Virus record (IMG/VR): IMGVR_UViG_3300025646_000052
Location: 1 to 54,244 of that record
Origin: a virus
Taxonomy: Duplodnaviria; Caudoviricetes
Length of the DNA stretch: 54,244 bases
Direction: 5' to 3' (one strand)
In this document: positions 44,980-54,244 of the stretch, piece by piece
How the letters are laid out: every line of letters begins with the position of its first letter
Numbering within the stretch: position 1 is the stretch's first letter
Notes under the pieces: model-generated
The model's database searches: none
Told to the model about the DNA's origin: nothing
What the model saw: only the letters and a program-made list of their open reading frames with translations
Program-made: the position numbers and the translations under genes

Positions 44980-45256
44980 ACTTTTAGTGTTTCAACAGAT
45001 ACACGATATAGTGTATAATGGTCAAGGAGGTTATTCATGGGGAGAAGTATACGATTTTCCAATTTGGTTAAGAAGAGCTACAATTAATTTCTTAAATAAA
45101 TCTATAGATGCTAGAAATAAAGCTGATGAAAAAGCTTATAATAATTCTACTTCTAAAACTGGAAAAACTTCTACTACTACTAATTTAGATTGGGGTAATC
45201 CTGATAAAAGTAAGATTAAACCTCCATCTTATGTTACAAAGGCATCAAAAAAATGA
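44945..45256 (+). CDS. gp51-like / gpT-like chaperone segment, possibly expressed by frameshift
   Basis: No ATG (GTG at 44987). Frame is open from 44945 (KFNFFGLTPEHRLLVFQQIH); YSWGEVYDFPIWLRR motif. Confidence 0.6.
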   Translation, partial: KFNFFGLTPEHRLLVFQQIHDIVYNGQGGYSWGEVYDFPIWLRRATINFLNKSIDARNKADEKAYNNSTSKTGKTSTTTNLDWGNPDKSKIKPPSYVTKASKK

Positions 45257-45264
45257 TGCCTTTT
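45238..45264 (+). terminator. Probable terminator overlapping the stop codon
   Basis: AAAGGCATCA-AAAAAA-TGATGCCTTT followed by T. Confidence 0.65.
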
Positions 45265-45265
45265 A

Positions 45266-45274
45266 ATATTTATA
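45266..45274 (+). promoter_or_regulatory. Putative late promoter motif ATATTTATA
   Basis: Intergenic, before the tape measure gene. Confidence 0.6.
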
Positions 45275-45293
45275 CGAGTACAATATTCTAATT

Positions 45294-47924
45294 ATGGCTA
45301 AAGGCGACGAAAAACTAGAACAATTAAAAGCTGATCTTATAGCAGAACAAAATGAAGCATTAGGAGATCAGCTAAGCATATCTTCTCAGTTAGCCACTCA
45401 AATGTCTTTAATGTATAAGTACATGAAAGATAAAACAGAATTAGATAAGCAAGCAGTTGATCTTTCAAAACAAAATGCTAAAATAGCAAGAGATTTAAAA
45501 CTAGATATTGATGATCAGGCTTCTACTCAAAAACAGTTAGTAAAAATAGCTGAACAACGAAATAAAATAGAAAGAGTAAAGAAAGGCTTATTAAAAGACG
45601 CTTCTAATGATTTAAAAAACGAAGTTGCTTTATTTAAATCTAGAGAAAAAGACTTAACTAAACAACTAGAATTAGGAAAAATTACTGAAGAACAATATTC
45701 TGAACGACTTCGTGGTTTAGAATCTCAATTATCTATAGAAGCTAAACAAATCATCAATTTAGATAGACAAGCTGCCCAATTAGGAAAAATAGGAGAAATA
45801 CTTGCAGATCAAGAACGAAGGCAAAAAAACATAAATAACGCTATGGGCATACTAGGCAAAAGTGCTGAAGGTGCTAGCAAATTCCTCAATAAAATAGGAC
45901 TCTCAGGTGTAGCTAAAGTTTTCCAAGGTGCCGCTGACAGTGCTCGTGATGCTGCTAAGAAAGTTACCGATATGGGTGATAAAGGGGCAGGTGCTATGGG
46001 TAAATTAAAAGTAGCAGTAGCTGCCGTAGGTGGCGCTCTTAAAGCTCTAGCAGCAGGTGGTATTATAGGAATTTTAACTACGCTTTACCAACAGTTTGTA
46101 AAGTATGGAGAAATGGGTCTTGAATCTATTAAAAGAACTAGTGAACAAGCTACTCAATTATCTCGAAATTTAGGTGTAAGTGCTGCAAAAGGTCAAGAAT
46201 TAGCAGCTTCTGCTCGTTCTGTTGGTATGGCTATGGGAATGACAGGAGATATGGCCGTAAACTCAGCTAAAGAAATCTACAGTTCTATTAATGGTGCTGA
46301 AAAACTATCTAAAGAAACCCAAAAAACATTTATGCAGTTAAATGTATTTGCTGGAATGTCAGCAGATAATTTAGCTACTTTTTATAAATTCGCAAAACAA
46401 AGTGGTCAAGAAGCAGGTACAATGGTTAAAAATATGGTTGACACTGCTACCCAATCAATAAAAAACCTTAAACTTAACGTAAGCCAGAAAAAACTGTTAA
46501 GTGAGGTTGCACAAGTATCTAGAGCTACTCAAGTTGCTTTTAAAGGTCAAGGGACTGAATTAGTTAAAGTGGTAGCTCAAGCTACTAAATTAGGTCTTTC
46601 TTTATCTAAAGTTGAAAAAACTATGGATAGCCTTTTAAATTTTGAAGACTCTATTTCAGCTGAAATGGAAGCTCAACTTTTAACAGGAATGAATCTTGAT
46701 TTAAGTAAAGCTAGAGCATTAGCTTTAGATGATGATCGTGCAGGAGTAATGGAGGAAATTACTAAACAAGGCATTACTCAAGAAAAATTTGCAAGTTTAG
46801 ATCGTATTAGCAAAGAAGCTATAGCTAAAACTTTAGGCATGTCCTCTGAAGAAATGGCAGACATGTTAGCAGGAGCAAAAGAAAACGTTTCTGAGAACCA
46901 GCAAATGATAGATCTCCAAAGCCAAGGATTAGCAGCAATGACTTCAATGGTCTCAGTTCAAGAACAACTTCTTAAAATGGAACAAGACCGACAAGATGCA
47001 TTAGCGGGAACAGGTGACCAGTTTCTTGGCTTTAAAAAAACTCTTCAGGATATCCAAATGAAAATACTTCCTTATATCAATATCATTTTCGAAGAAATTG
47101 GAAAATTGTTAAATGAAAGTTTAGGAGAAGTAAATGAAATGACTGGTACCTTTGAATTAACAGATGAAAAAGCGGCAGAATTTAGAGAAACTGTACGAGA
47201 AGTACTTGATGTCTTTAGAACTATTAAAGATATTGTAGGATGGATTTATGATAAATTTGGTGCTTGGGGTGTAATATTAGCTCCTATGGTAGGAAAGCAA
47301 TTACCTGGTATGGTTGGAAGTATAGGTAAGTATCTTTTTACTCAAAGACAAGTTTTAGATGATGCTGGTAAATTAGTAGGTAAACAATCTAGATTTAAAG
47401 ATCTTGTAGATGGTTCTGGAAAATTAATGAAACAAGTAGGTGGCTATATTGGTGATGGTATAAAAGCTATGGGTAAATTTATAGGTAAGATAGCTGCAGC
47501 TGCTTACAAATTTTTAGCTCAAGCTGTTTCTTCAATTTGGAGCGCTTTTATGATGTTAGGTCCTATAGCAGGTCCAATAGCAGCAGGTGCTGCTACTGCT
47601 GCTATAGGTGCACTCGCTTACAGATACCTTGCTAAAGGTGACGACATTGTATCTCCTGGCTATGGAAAACGTACTCTATACGGCCCTGAAGGCGCTATCG
47701 CATTAAACGATAAAGACACAGTAATTGCAGGTACTAAATTATTTGGAGACGACGTTATAAGTGCTCCTAAAGGTACAGTAAGTATGGACAATAGTGCTAT
47801 GGCTAATGAACTCGCAGCTATTAAAACATTATTAAGTGATTTAACTAGTCGACCATCTGTAGTAGAAATGGATGGACGTAAAGTTGGAGAAACTATGAGA
47901 TTAGGATCATTTGCTACTCAATAA
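45294..47924 (+). CDS. Tape measure protein
   Basis: 876 aa, helical and Ala/Gly/Lys-rich with hydrophobic segments, ends VEMDGRKVG; follows the chaperone pair. Confidence 0.8.
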   Translation: MAKGDEKLEQLKADLIAEQNEALGDQLSISSQLATQMSLMYKYMKDKTELDKQAVDLSKQNAKIARDLKLDIDDQASTQKQLVKIAEQRNKIERVKKGLLKDASNDLKNEVALFKSREKDLTKQLELGKITEEQYSERLRGLESQLSIEAKQIINLDRQAAQLGKIGEILADQERRQKNINNAMGILGKSAEGASKFLNKIGLSGVAKVFQGAADSARDAAKKVTDMGDKGAGAMGKLKVAVAAVGGALKALAAGGIIGILTTLYQQFVKYGEMGLESIKRTSEQATQLSRNLGVSAAKGQELAASARSVGMAMGMTGDMAVNSAKEIYSSINGAEKLSKETQKTFMQLNVFAGMSADNLATFYKFAKQSGQEAGTMVKNMVDTATQSIKNLKLNVSQKKLLSEVAQVSRATQVAFKGQGTELVKVVAQATKLGLSLSKVEKTMDSLLNFEDSISAEMEAQLLTGMNLDLSKARALALDDDRAGVMEEITKQGITQEKFASLDRISKEAIAKTLGMSSEEMADMLAGAKENVSENQQMIDLQSQGLAAMTSMVSVQEQLLKMEQDRQDALAGTGDQFLGFKKTLQDIQMKILPYINIIFEEIGKLLNESLGEVNEMTGTFELTDEKAAEFRETVREVLDVFRTIKDIVGWIYDKFGAWGVILAPMVGKQLPGMVGSIGKYLFTQRQVLDDAGKLVGKQSRFKDLVDGSGKLMKQVGGYIGDGIKAMGKFIGKIAAAAYKFLAQAVSSIWSAFMMLGPIAGPIAAGAATAAIGALAYRYLAKGDDIVSPGYGKRTLYGPEGAIALNDKDTVIAGTKLFGDDVISAPKGTVSMDNSAMANELAAIKTLLSDLTSRPSVVEMDGRKVGETMRLGSFATQ

Positions 47925-47931
47925 AAAAATA

Positions 47932-47940
47932 ATATTTATA
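47932..47940 (+). promoter_or_regulatory. Putative late promoter motif ATATTTATA
   Basis: Intergenic, before the small ORF at 47973. Confidence 0.6.
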
Positions 47941-47972
47941 ACATATAATATTAACCCTTAAATTAAATTATT

Positions 47973-48140
47973 ATGTCACATCATGATATTGACTTAGGAA
48001 GTAGATACTACCGTGGTGGTTCAAGACTAGATCCACGTGGTGGTAATGGTCAAAACACCGGAGGAGGAAACGATCCTAAAAACAAATATGGTAATAAAAA
48101 TCCATACGGAACAGGAGGAGATCGTCCACCAAAACCATAA
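47973..48140 (+). CDS. Unannotated 55-aa Gly/Asn/Pro-rich protein
   Basis: MSHHDIDLGSRYYRGGSRLDPRGGNGQNTGGGNDPKNKYGNKNPYGTGGDRPPKP; own promoter motif; fills the gap. Confidence 0.65.
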   Translation: MSHHDIDLGSRYYRGGSRLDPRGGNGQNTGGGNDPKNKYGNKNPYGTGGDRPPKP

Positions 48141-48150
48141 TCCAAATTAA

Positions 48151-49899
48151 ATGCCTTTAATAGACTTAAAATCTGACCTTAGAGATCTAAAATACAGTAA
48201 AGATCTACCAGGTGGGGGAACTAGTAATCAACCCTATATTACTACCGATATCCCAGCCTATACTGATCCTTATGGTACACCACCTGGGGCATCGGGGTTA
48301 GATTTTATTCTTAGAGGTGGTGGAAAATATGATACCTATGTAAGTGATCAATATAGTAGAGTAAAAGATCTACTAGAAGATACATCTTTACTTGGGGGAA
48401 ATATTGGGGAAAATTGGAAAAGTAAACAAGTAGCTTTATCAAGACAGTCAACTTGGCGTTTCCTATTCAGCCTCCCAATATCTCAAATATATGACAAAAA
48501 ACAAACTTTAGATCAACTTAGTGGAGGAGTAACTATTCCTGGGTTAAATATTCCTGGGTTTAATATAAATGTCCCTGAATTTAGAGGTGGTATTTTTAGT
48601 TATGGTGGTAACATTGGATTTGGAGGAGCTCAATTACCATCAGTTAATTTTCCTCACCTCTACAAACAAGGAGGAATTTCTATGCCTTCATTAGGATGGG
48701 CTAATCCTTTAAATTATACCAATGCTTATAAAGCAGCAGACCGAATTAAGATGAATCGAATGATTAATCTTTATAAAACTAAAGTCTCTACTTATGTAAA
48801 TGGTAAGGATCAAGCATATCAAATAGCTAATAGTGCTATATTGGGGGTTGCCCCTGAAATTGTTCCTGGTTCTGATTTGTTATTACAAACTTATTATGGA
48901 GGTACCGATAATTATGGAGGTCAAGTTTCTATTATTCCTCGCCACGTATTTTCAACTAATAAAAAACGTAGTTTTGGAGATGGTGTATTAACATACGATC
49001 AAAATATTTTAGGTAAAGTAACTTATGAAAGTGATGCTGGAAAATTAGGCAAAATCTATGGACCTAATAGTATAGCTCAATTAATTGACTTTAGACGAGT
49101 TATTAATACACAACTTAACTTAACCCCAGAAGAAGAAAAGTTACTTCCAAGTACTGATTATAATACTTTTAATAGAATATCTACCTATAATACAGGTGAT
49201 CCTGGACAAAGAGGACTAATTAGAAATAATCCAAATAAAGGAGTTCGAGGAGCAGATGGTAAACCTACATTGGTTACTACTGACCATATTGCTATGAAAC
49301 CCTTACTTACCAATACCGACGATATTCTTAATGATGATATGATCAAATTTAAAATCTCAGCAGTAGACCCTGACCAACCTTCAAATAGAATATGGTTTAA
49401 TTTTAGAGCATTTTTAGGTAAAGTCTCAGACGGATTCCGTGCTAAATATCAATCTTATAATTATATTGGTCGAGCTGAAAGTTTTTATAAGTACCAATCG
49501 TTTGATAGAAGTATGGGAGTTGAGTTTACTGTAGCAGTTCAATCACGACAAGAACAATATACTCAATACCAAAAATTAAATTATTTAGCATCTTTAACAG
49601 CTCCTAATTATAAAGATGGTTTTATGAGAGGAAATATTACTTATTTAACTATAGGAGACTGGTTTAATGATGTACCCGGAGTATTAACCTCAGTAAAATT
49701 AAGCATCCCAGATCAAGCTTCATGGGAAATTGCTAGAAATGATGATGGAACTGTTGATGATACAATAGCTCAATTACCTTTTGTAGTTGAAGTTAGTCTT
49801 GATTTTGAACCAATCCACAACTTTGTACCACAAAGAGGTTCTAAGTTTATTGGGTATGATATAAACACTAACCAAAACGAATTAGTTACAATAGAATAA
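48151..49899 (+). CDS. Baseplate tube-initiator-like protein
   Basis: C-terminal FRAFL..SD...Y.YIGRAE.FY.Y..FDR...F, LTIGDW...PGVLTSV, WEI, LP..VEVSLDFEPI tube-like domain; follows the tape measure gene. Confidence 0.65.
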   Translation: MPLIDLKSDLRDLKYSKDLPGGGTSNQPYITTDIPAYTDPYGTPPGASGLDFILRGGGKYDTYVSDQYSRVKDLLEDTSLLGGNIGENWKSKQVALSRQSTWRFLFSLPISQIYDKKQTLDQLSGGVTIPGLNIPGFNINVPEFRGGIFSYGGNIGFGGAQLPSVNFPHLYKQGGISMPSLGWANPLNYTNAYKAADRIKMNRMINLYKTKVSTYVNGKDQAYQIANSAILGVAPEIVPGSDLLLQTYYGGTDNYGGQVSIIPRHVFSTNKKRSFGDGVLTYDQNILGKVTYESDAGKLGKIYGPNSIAQLIDFRRVINTQLNLTPEEEKLLPSTDYNTFNRISTYNTGDPGQRGLIRNNPNKGVRGADGKPTLVTTDHIAMKPLLTNTDDILNDDMIKFKISAVDPDQPSNRIWFNFRAFLGKVSDGFRAKYQSYNYIGRAESFYKYQSFDRSMGVEFTVAVQSRQEQYTQYQKLNYLASLTAPNYKDGFMRGNITYLTIGDWFNDVPGVLTSVKLSIPDQASWEIARNDDGTVDDTIAQLPFVVEVSLDFEPIHNFVPQRGSKFIGYDINTNQNELVTIE

Positions 49900-49900
49900 A

Positions 49901-50242
49901 ATGTATAATAGATATTATAGTCAATATGAAGGAGCGATTGATATAGCTCTAAATGGTAAATTAGTTCCTCCGGTAGTAAAATACCCGGAAGTTCCTTTAT
50001 CATCAAATGATCTTTATGTTTATACTACTATAGGTGATACTTTTATTACTTTAGCAAACCAATTTTATCAAGATCCTACTTTATGGTGGATTATATCTAT
50101 TGCGAATACTGGGACAACCGGTACTGATCTAACAACAGACCTCCCCCAAGACAGCATATACATCCCAGTTGGTACACAATTACGAATCCCTTCAAACCCT
50201 ACAAATATTGTAAATCTATTTAAACTTATAAACCTCTATTAA
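49901..50242 (+). CDS. LysM-like baseplate wedge protein (gp53/gpX-like)
   Basis: GDTFITLANQFYQDPTLWWIISIAN...GTQLRIP. Confidence 0.8.
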   Translation: MYNRYYSQYEGAIDIALNGKLVPPVVKYPEVPLSSNDLYVYTTIGDTFITLANQFYQDPTLWWIISIANTGTTGTDLTTDLPQDSIYIPVGTQLRIPSNPTNIVNLFKLINLY

Positions 50243-50244
50243 TT

Positions 50245-53200
50245 ATGGGTAATATAATAGGAATTGATTTACAACCTTGGGCTAAAGATCAAGTTAATTT
50301 AAGACAAAGACTTTATGGAAAGTCTCCTTTTGGTTTAGATAGTAATGGTCTTAACCAAGGACAAATTCAACAATATTTAAATGGCAAAACATCCTGGCTA
50401 AGAGCCGCATCCTCAGCTTACATATCTCGAGAAAAAAGTGTAGAACTAACAGGCACTGATATCTATAATGGAAGAGAATTAGCTAAACAATATGTTTTAT
50501 TTAATGGTACTACTGGTATATCTAGGGATATTGGTTCAAATGAGCAAGAGTTAGATAGTTTTACTCCTACTTTTAGAGCAGGTGTAGCTAACGATATATC
50601 TTCAATTAATAATTTTGCTTATGGGTTAGGTGGAATAGAACAAGGATTAGTTCCTATGCCTGGTCTTACTTCTTTAAGTATACAAACATATAACCGTGGT
50701 TCTTTAAGAAAAGCCAGTTTAAAATTAGTATGTCATAATAGAAATCAATTCCAGATAATTGATTCTTTATACATGCGCCCCGGATTTACAATCTTAATTG
50801 AATGGGGACATACAACATACTTTACAGGCACTGTAGATAATCCTATTTATGTACCTTCCCCTAATTTTAACACAGATGTATTCTTTAATTTCTTTAAAAA
50901 TAATAGTTTACCTCAAAAAGATGTTACCCAAGAACTATTATTACAAAATATAAGACTAGAAAGAAGAAACACAGGAGGTAATTACGATGGGTTTTATGGT
51001 CATATAACTAATTTTAAATGGGACTATAAAGAAAACGGCACTTACGAAATTGATATAACAGCAGTTTCAGTAGGAGATGTTATTGAATCTTTAAACATAA
51101 ACCGAGTTAAAACTAAAGACAATTATACTGTACCCTTAGAAATAAGATCTCCTATAGTAAAATCAAGTACAGCAACTACTACAACTAACCCTAACTTAAT
51201 AACTCTTACAGGCAATAAAGCTGGCCAAGGTGATTTCAGTGTAGAAGTAGATGTAACTTCAGCTTCAACTAAAAACTATAAAGAGTATTGGACTCAATAT
51301 TTAGGTCTTGACCAAAGTGTTATTACTGCTTTTTTGGCAAATATTAATGCCGGTAAGACTTCTTGGGATCCTTCAAGTGCAAATGGTCTTAGTTATAATC
51401 AAGCCCAACAATTACTTGGAGCAGAATCAATCTACCAGACAGTGCCAGATGGGAAGGGTGGCTTTACGACACAAGTAAACCCAAACTATGGAGGTACTCC
51501 CCCCTCAGGAACATATTCTTCGGCTGTATTTTACACCAACCAAGATGCAGTAAGCACATATCGAAATTTATATAATAAATTAGCATCAAACAAAGGAAAC
51601 TTTACTAAACTCCCGGAGCCTAAGGATACAATTAAAGCTGAAGAAATTAACGATAAAATTTCAGTATTAGCAGATGAAAACCGTTCTAAATTTAACGGGT
51701 TTTTATATAAAATATATGATTATGCTACAACTAACTTAAAAACCAAATCTAAAAAAGTAAATAGTAATACTATAGATAAAAATTTAGTTACCTGTTTTGC
51801 TGGTCCTATCCCCCCTGAATCAGGTGAGTTATTTGCTAATGACCCATTTGATGTAGTAGCTGTTCAAACTTTTGTAGTATTAGACACAATAGGAGGAGCT
51901 TCTGGGCAAGTCGTGGGTCATGCTGTTAAAGCAAGTAAAAATTACCCTTTTGTATATATAAAATTAGGGAGAATTTTTGAGTATATTGAACGTAATTTAT
52001 TAATCTACAATACTGATGAAAATGACACTTCTAATGGAGAATCTATAGTAAATATAGATGTAGATACACTTAATAATTTTTGTTTTACTTTTCCATTCCA
52101 ATACTCTATAAACCCATATGTGTGTGTTATCCCATTTTCAGTAGCTAATGTTGATTATGTCCCTAGTACAGATAAAAATGAAGGAAACGTTACAGTAAAT
52201 TCTATTGATTTTAATTCTTTTACTCCATATTGGGAAGAAGTATTAGGAGATGATTTTCGTAAAAATCCTAGTGATTATGTTGGTAGTTTAATGGATATTC
52301 ATGTAAATATACATTTTATAACAGACCTAATTAAAAAACTTACCACAGACAATTCATTACCTTTGTTGAAATTTTTAGAAAGTATGATGAGTGGCATACA
52401 AGAAGCATTGGGTAGTGTAAACAAATTTACTGTAACTTATGACCATGATGAAAATACTGTTAGAATTACAGATGATATCCCATTAGACCCTGTAATCACA
52501 GGTATAACAAAAGAAACTTTAACTACTTTTAATGTATTAGGATTCCAAGAGAGTACCCAAGAAGGCGCATTTGTAACAGATGTAAAATTATCTACTACTA
52601 TTACTAACCAATTAGCCTCAATGATTGCAATCTCAGCCCAAACTAAAAAAGCATCTGATGTTGTTAATTCAACAGGTTTAATGAAATTTAACGAAGGTAT
52701 ACAAGATGCTATTTACCCTCAAAAAGTAAGTGTAGTAGCAGCTGAACAAAAAACATTAAGTCCTGAACAAATTATGTATAAAACCTATTATAATTTAGTT
52801 AAATTAAGAGGTAGTGTAGTAGATTCATTTTATAAAACAGCAACTGCATGTTCTACTGAATTAGTAGATTCTCAACAAACTTTAGCTTCAAGTTTTTTTA
52901 GATATAAAGCTAGTGATTATGGAGCTAAAGGAACAGTTGTTACACAGACGTTTTTTCCATTTAGTTTAGGTTTAGATATGGATGGGTTTTCTGGAGCTAG
53001 AATTTATGAAAGGTTTACTATTAATAATCAAATATTACCACCTTCATATCCTAAAATTAGTTTTGTAATTAAGGGACTTAATCATAAAGTTGATGGAAAT
53101 GGTTGGTCTACTGATATAGATAGTTTAGCTTATGAAGCATTAGAAGATACAATTACTACTACAAATCAAGAAGCAAACCTCATAGATTATAACAACCAAA

Positions 53201-53259
53201 CTGAAAATGTGTTACGTAGTCCTAACCAAACCCTCCCCGGGGGAACATTTTATTCATAA
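50245..53259 (+). CDS. Large baseplate hub-like protein
   Basis: PMPGLTSL, GSLRKA, LYMRPGFTILIEWG, YDGFYGHITNFKW, LDMDGFSG, F.IKGLNHKV...WSTDI; baseplate synteny. Confidence 0.6.
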   Translation: MGNIIGIDLQPWAKDQVNLRQRLYGKSPFGLDSNGLNQGQIQQYLNGKTSWLRAASSAYISREKSVELTGTDIYNGRELAKQYVLFNGTTGISRDIGSNEQELDSFTPTFRAGVANDISSINNFAYGLGGIEQGLVPMPGLTSLSIQTYNRGSLRKASLKLVCHNRNQFQIIDSLYMRPGFTILIEWGHTTYFTGTVDNPIYVPSPNFNTDVFFNFFKNNSLPQKDVTQELLLQNIRLERRNTGGNYDGFYGHITNFKWDYKENGTYEIDITAVSVGDVIESLNINRVKTKDNYTVPLEIRSPIVKSSTATTTTNPNLITLTGNKAGQGDFSVEVDVTSASTKNYKEYWTQYLGLDQSVITAFLANINAGKTSWDPSSANGLSYNQAQQLLGAESIYQTVPDGKGGFTTQVNPNYGGTPPSGTYSSAVFYTNQDAVSTYRNLYNKLASNKGNFTKLPEPKDTIKAEEINDKISVLADENRSKFNGFLYKIYDYATTNLKTKSKKVNSNTIDKNLVTCFAGPIPPESGELFANDPFDVVAVQTFVVLDTIGGASGQVVGHAVKASKNYPFVYIKLGRIFEYIERNLLIYNTDENDTSNGESIVNIDVDTLNNFCFTFPFQYSINPYVCVIPFSVANVDYVPSTDKNEGNVTVNSIDFNSFTPYWEEVLGDDFRKNPSDYVGSLMDIHVNIHFITDLIKKLTTDNSLPLLKFLESMMSGIQEALGSVNKFTVTYDHDENTVRITDDIPLDPVITGITKETLTTFNVLGFQESTQEGAFVTDVKLSTTITNQLASMIAISAQTKKASDVVNSTGLMKFNEGIQDAIYPQKVSVVAAEQKTLSPEQIMYKTYYNLVKLRGSVVDSFYKTATACSTELVDSQQTLASSFFRYKASDYGAKGTVVTQTFFPFSLGLDMDGFSGARIYERFTINNQILPPSYPKISFVIKGLNHKVDGNGWSTDIDSLAYEALEDTITTTNQEANLIDYNNQTENVLRSPNQTLPGGTFYS

Positions 53260-53279
53260 TCTTATAGGAAAATAAAATT

Positions 53280-53888
53280 ATGTATTACCCTAAGTCACAA
53301 ATTAAAACTAATTTATATGCTAATCCTGGCGAATTCATTACTCGCCAGGATAACACAGCATATACTGGTTATTATTGGGCTACTTCTAAGGGAACATTTT
53401 ATACTGGCAAAACCCCAAATGACACTCCTACCCTTGAATTAATCAAATCCACCCCAGTAGACACTCCTAATCTACCACTTAAAACCCCCGTAGAAATAGT
53501 ATCAGGATCTACTTCAGTAGATAATTATTTAAATTTAAGAGGTATAAATCTTAACCAATTACCTAAAGTTTATTCTCCAAGTTATAGCCTAAATACCCCT
53601 ACTTCAAACGATTACGATTTAGGATATTACACAAGATTTTTTTGTAAAAAATCAAATCAAAACATATATTTAGAAATTAACCAAGATACTTATAACGATT
53701 TATTTAATTCTTCTCCTAATATAGATTTTGAAAATTATAATGCTTTTAAATTAATTTGGATTCTTACTGGAGAAGATCGCCTTAAAGTATCAAATATAAA
53801 TAGACGCCAAGTATTACTCTTAGAACAACAACTTTTACTTGACGGTTTTTCTAACTACTTTACAAACTACTCCCAATTCTATCAGTAA
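53280..53888 (+). CDS. Hypothetical baseplate-region protein
   Basis: 202-aa ORF; YTGYY...FYTGKTP, PTSNDYDLGYYTRFF. Confidence 0.6.
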   Translation: MYYPKSQIKTNLYANPGEFITRQDNTAYTGYYWATSKGTFYTGKTPNDTPTLELIKSTPVDTPNLPLKTPVEIVSGSTSVDNYLNLRGINLNQLPKVYSPSYSLNTPTSNDYDLGYYTRFFCKKSNQNIYLEINQDTYNDLFNSSPNIDFENYNAFKLIWILTGEDRLKVSNINRRQVLLLEQQLLLDGFSNYFTNYSQFYQ

Positions 53889-53898
53889 AAAAATAAAC

Positions 53899-54244
53899 AT
53901 GGTTTTTGAAAATTTTGTTATCCCTGAAACTAATAAAGATTTATTAGAAGGTTTTTATAAAGAAATAGTCGAAGAATTCGAATACGACAGATTTGGCATT
54001 AAAGTCGAACCCGAAGACATAGTAGTTGATTGTGGCGCTAACATAGGAATATTTAGTAGATATGCCGCTGATATCATGGGCGCATCTAAAGTATATAGTT
54101 TTGAACTACTCCCCAGCTGGTTTAAATACCTTGATATTAATACATTTAACCACCCAAAAATTACAACTTGTTTAGGTAATGTAAGCCCTGAAGATTGGAG
54201 CCTTCAAAAAATTATAGAGACCTATAAACTCTATTATATTGATT
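53899..54244 (+). CDS. FkbM-family SAM-dependent methyltransferase (3'-truncated)
   Basis: Not in the ORF track; ATG at 53899, open to the window end; DIVVDCGANIGIFS...ASKVYSFE. Confidence 0.8.
   Translation, partial: MVFENFVIPETNKDLLEGFYKEIVEEFEYDRFGIKVEPEDIVVDCGANIGIFSRYAADIMGASKVYSFELLPSWFKYLDINTFNHPKITTCLGNVSPEDWSLQKIIETYKLYYID

Noticed and set aside
1-54244. Stop-codon reassignment (alternative genetic code)
   Set aside because: Core genes are full length under the standard code, and TAA, TGA and TAG all end genes at sensible positions.
1-54244. tRNA or rRNA genes
   Set aside because: Intergenic gaps are short and none shows a cloverleaf or rRNA-like sequence that I can recognise.

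Overview
All real genes in this AT-rich window lie on the + strand. It is the virion morphogenesis region of a large T4-like (myovirus-type) bacteriophage. Gene order: putative head-packaged proteins, a small metabolic cluster (FAD oxidoreductase, cupin, P-loop kinase), large terminase, portal, prohead protease, scaffold, major capsid, PhoH, neck/tail-completion proteins, two giant proline-free Gly-X-Y (Ser/Thr/Asn-rich) fibre-like proteins, three glycosyltransferases, tail sheath, tail tube, a chaperone pair, tape measure, baseplate genes and a truncated FkbM-type methyltransferase. One glycosyltransferase closely resembles the iron-finger autotransporter O-heptosyltransferases (TibC/Aah). 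A-rich start contexts with almost no Shine-Dalgarno sequences suggest a Bacteroidota host (inference). The best candidate for an undescribed system is a phage-encoded virion O-glycosylation module (23145-40775), supported by [S/T]-[G/A]-S motifs recurring in surface-exposed virion proteins. Other notable signals are a probable +1 frameshift in the tail chaperone pair, an inverted repeat enclosing a small membrane-protein gene, a 15-copy late promoter motif ATATTTAT, and nuclease-like cargo proteins carrying protease-cleavable leaders. All family assignments come from motif recognition by eye; no database searches were run.
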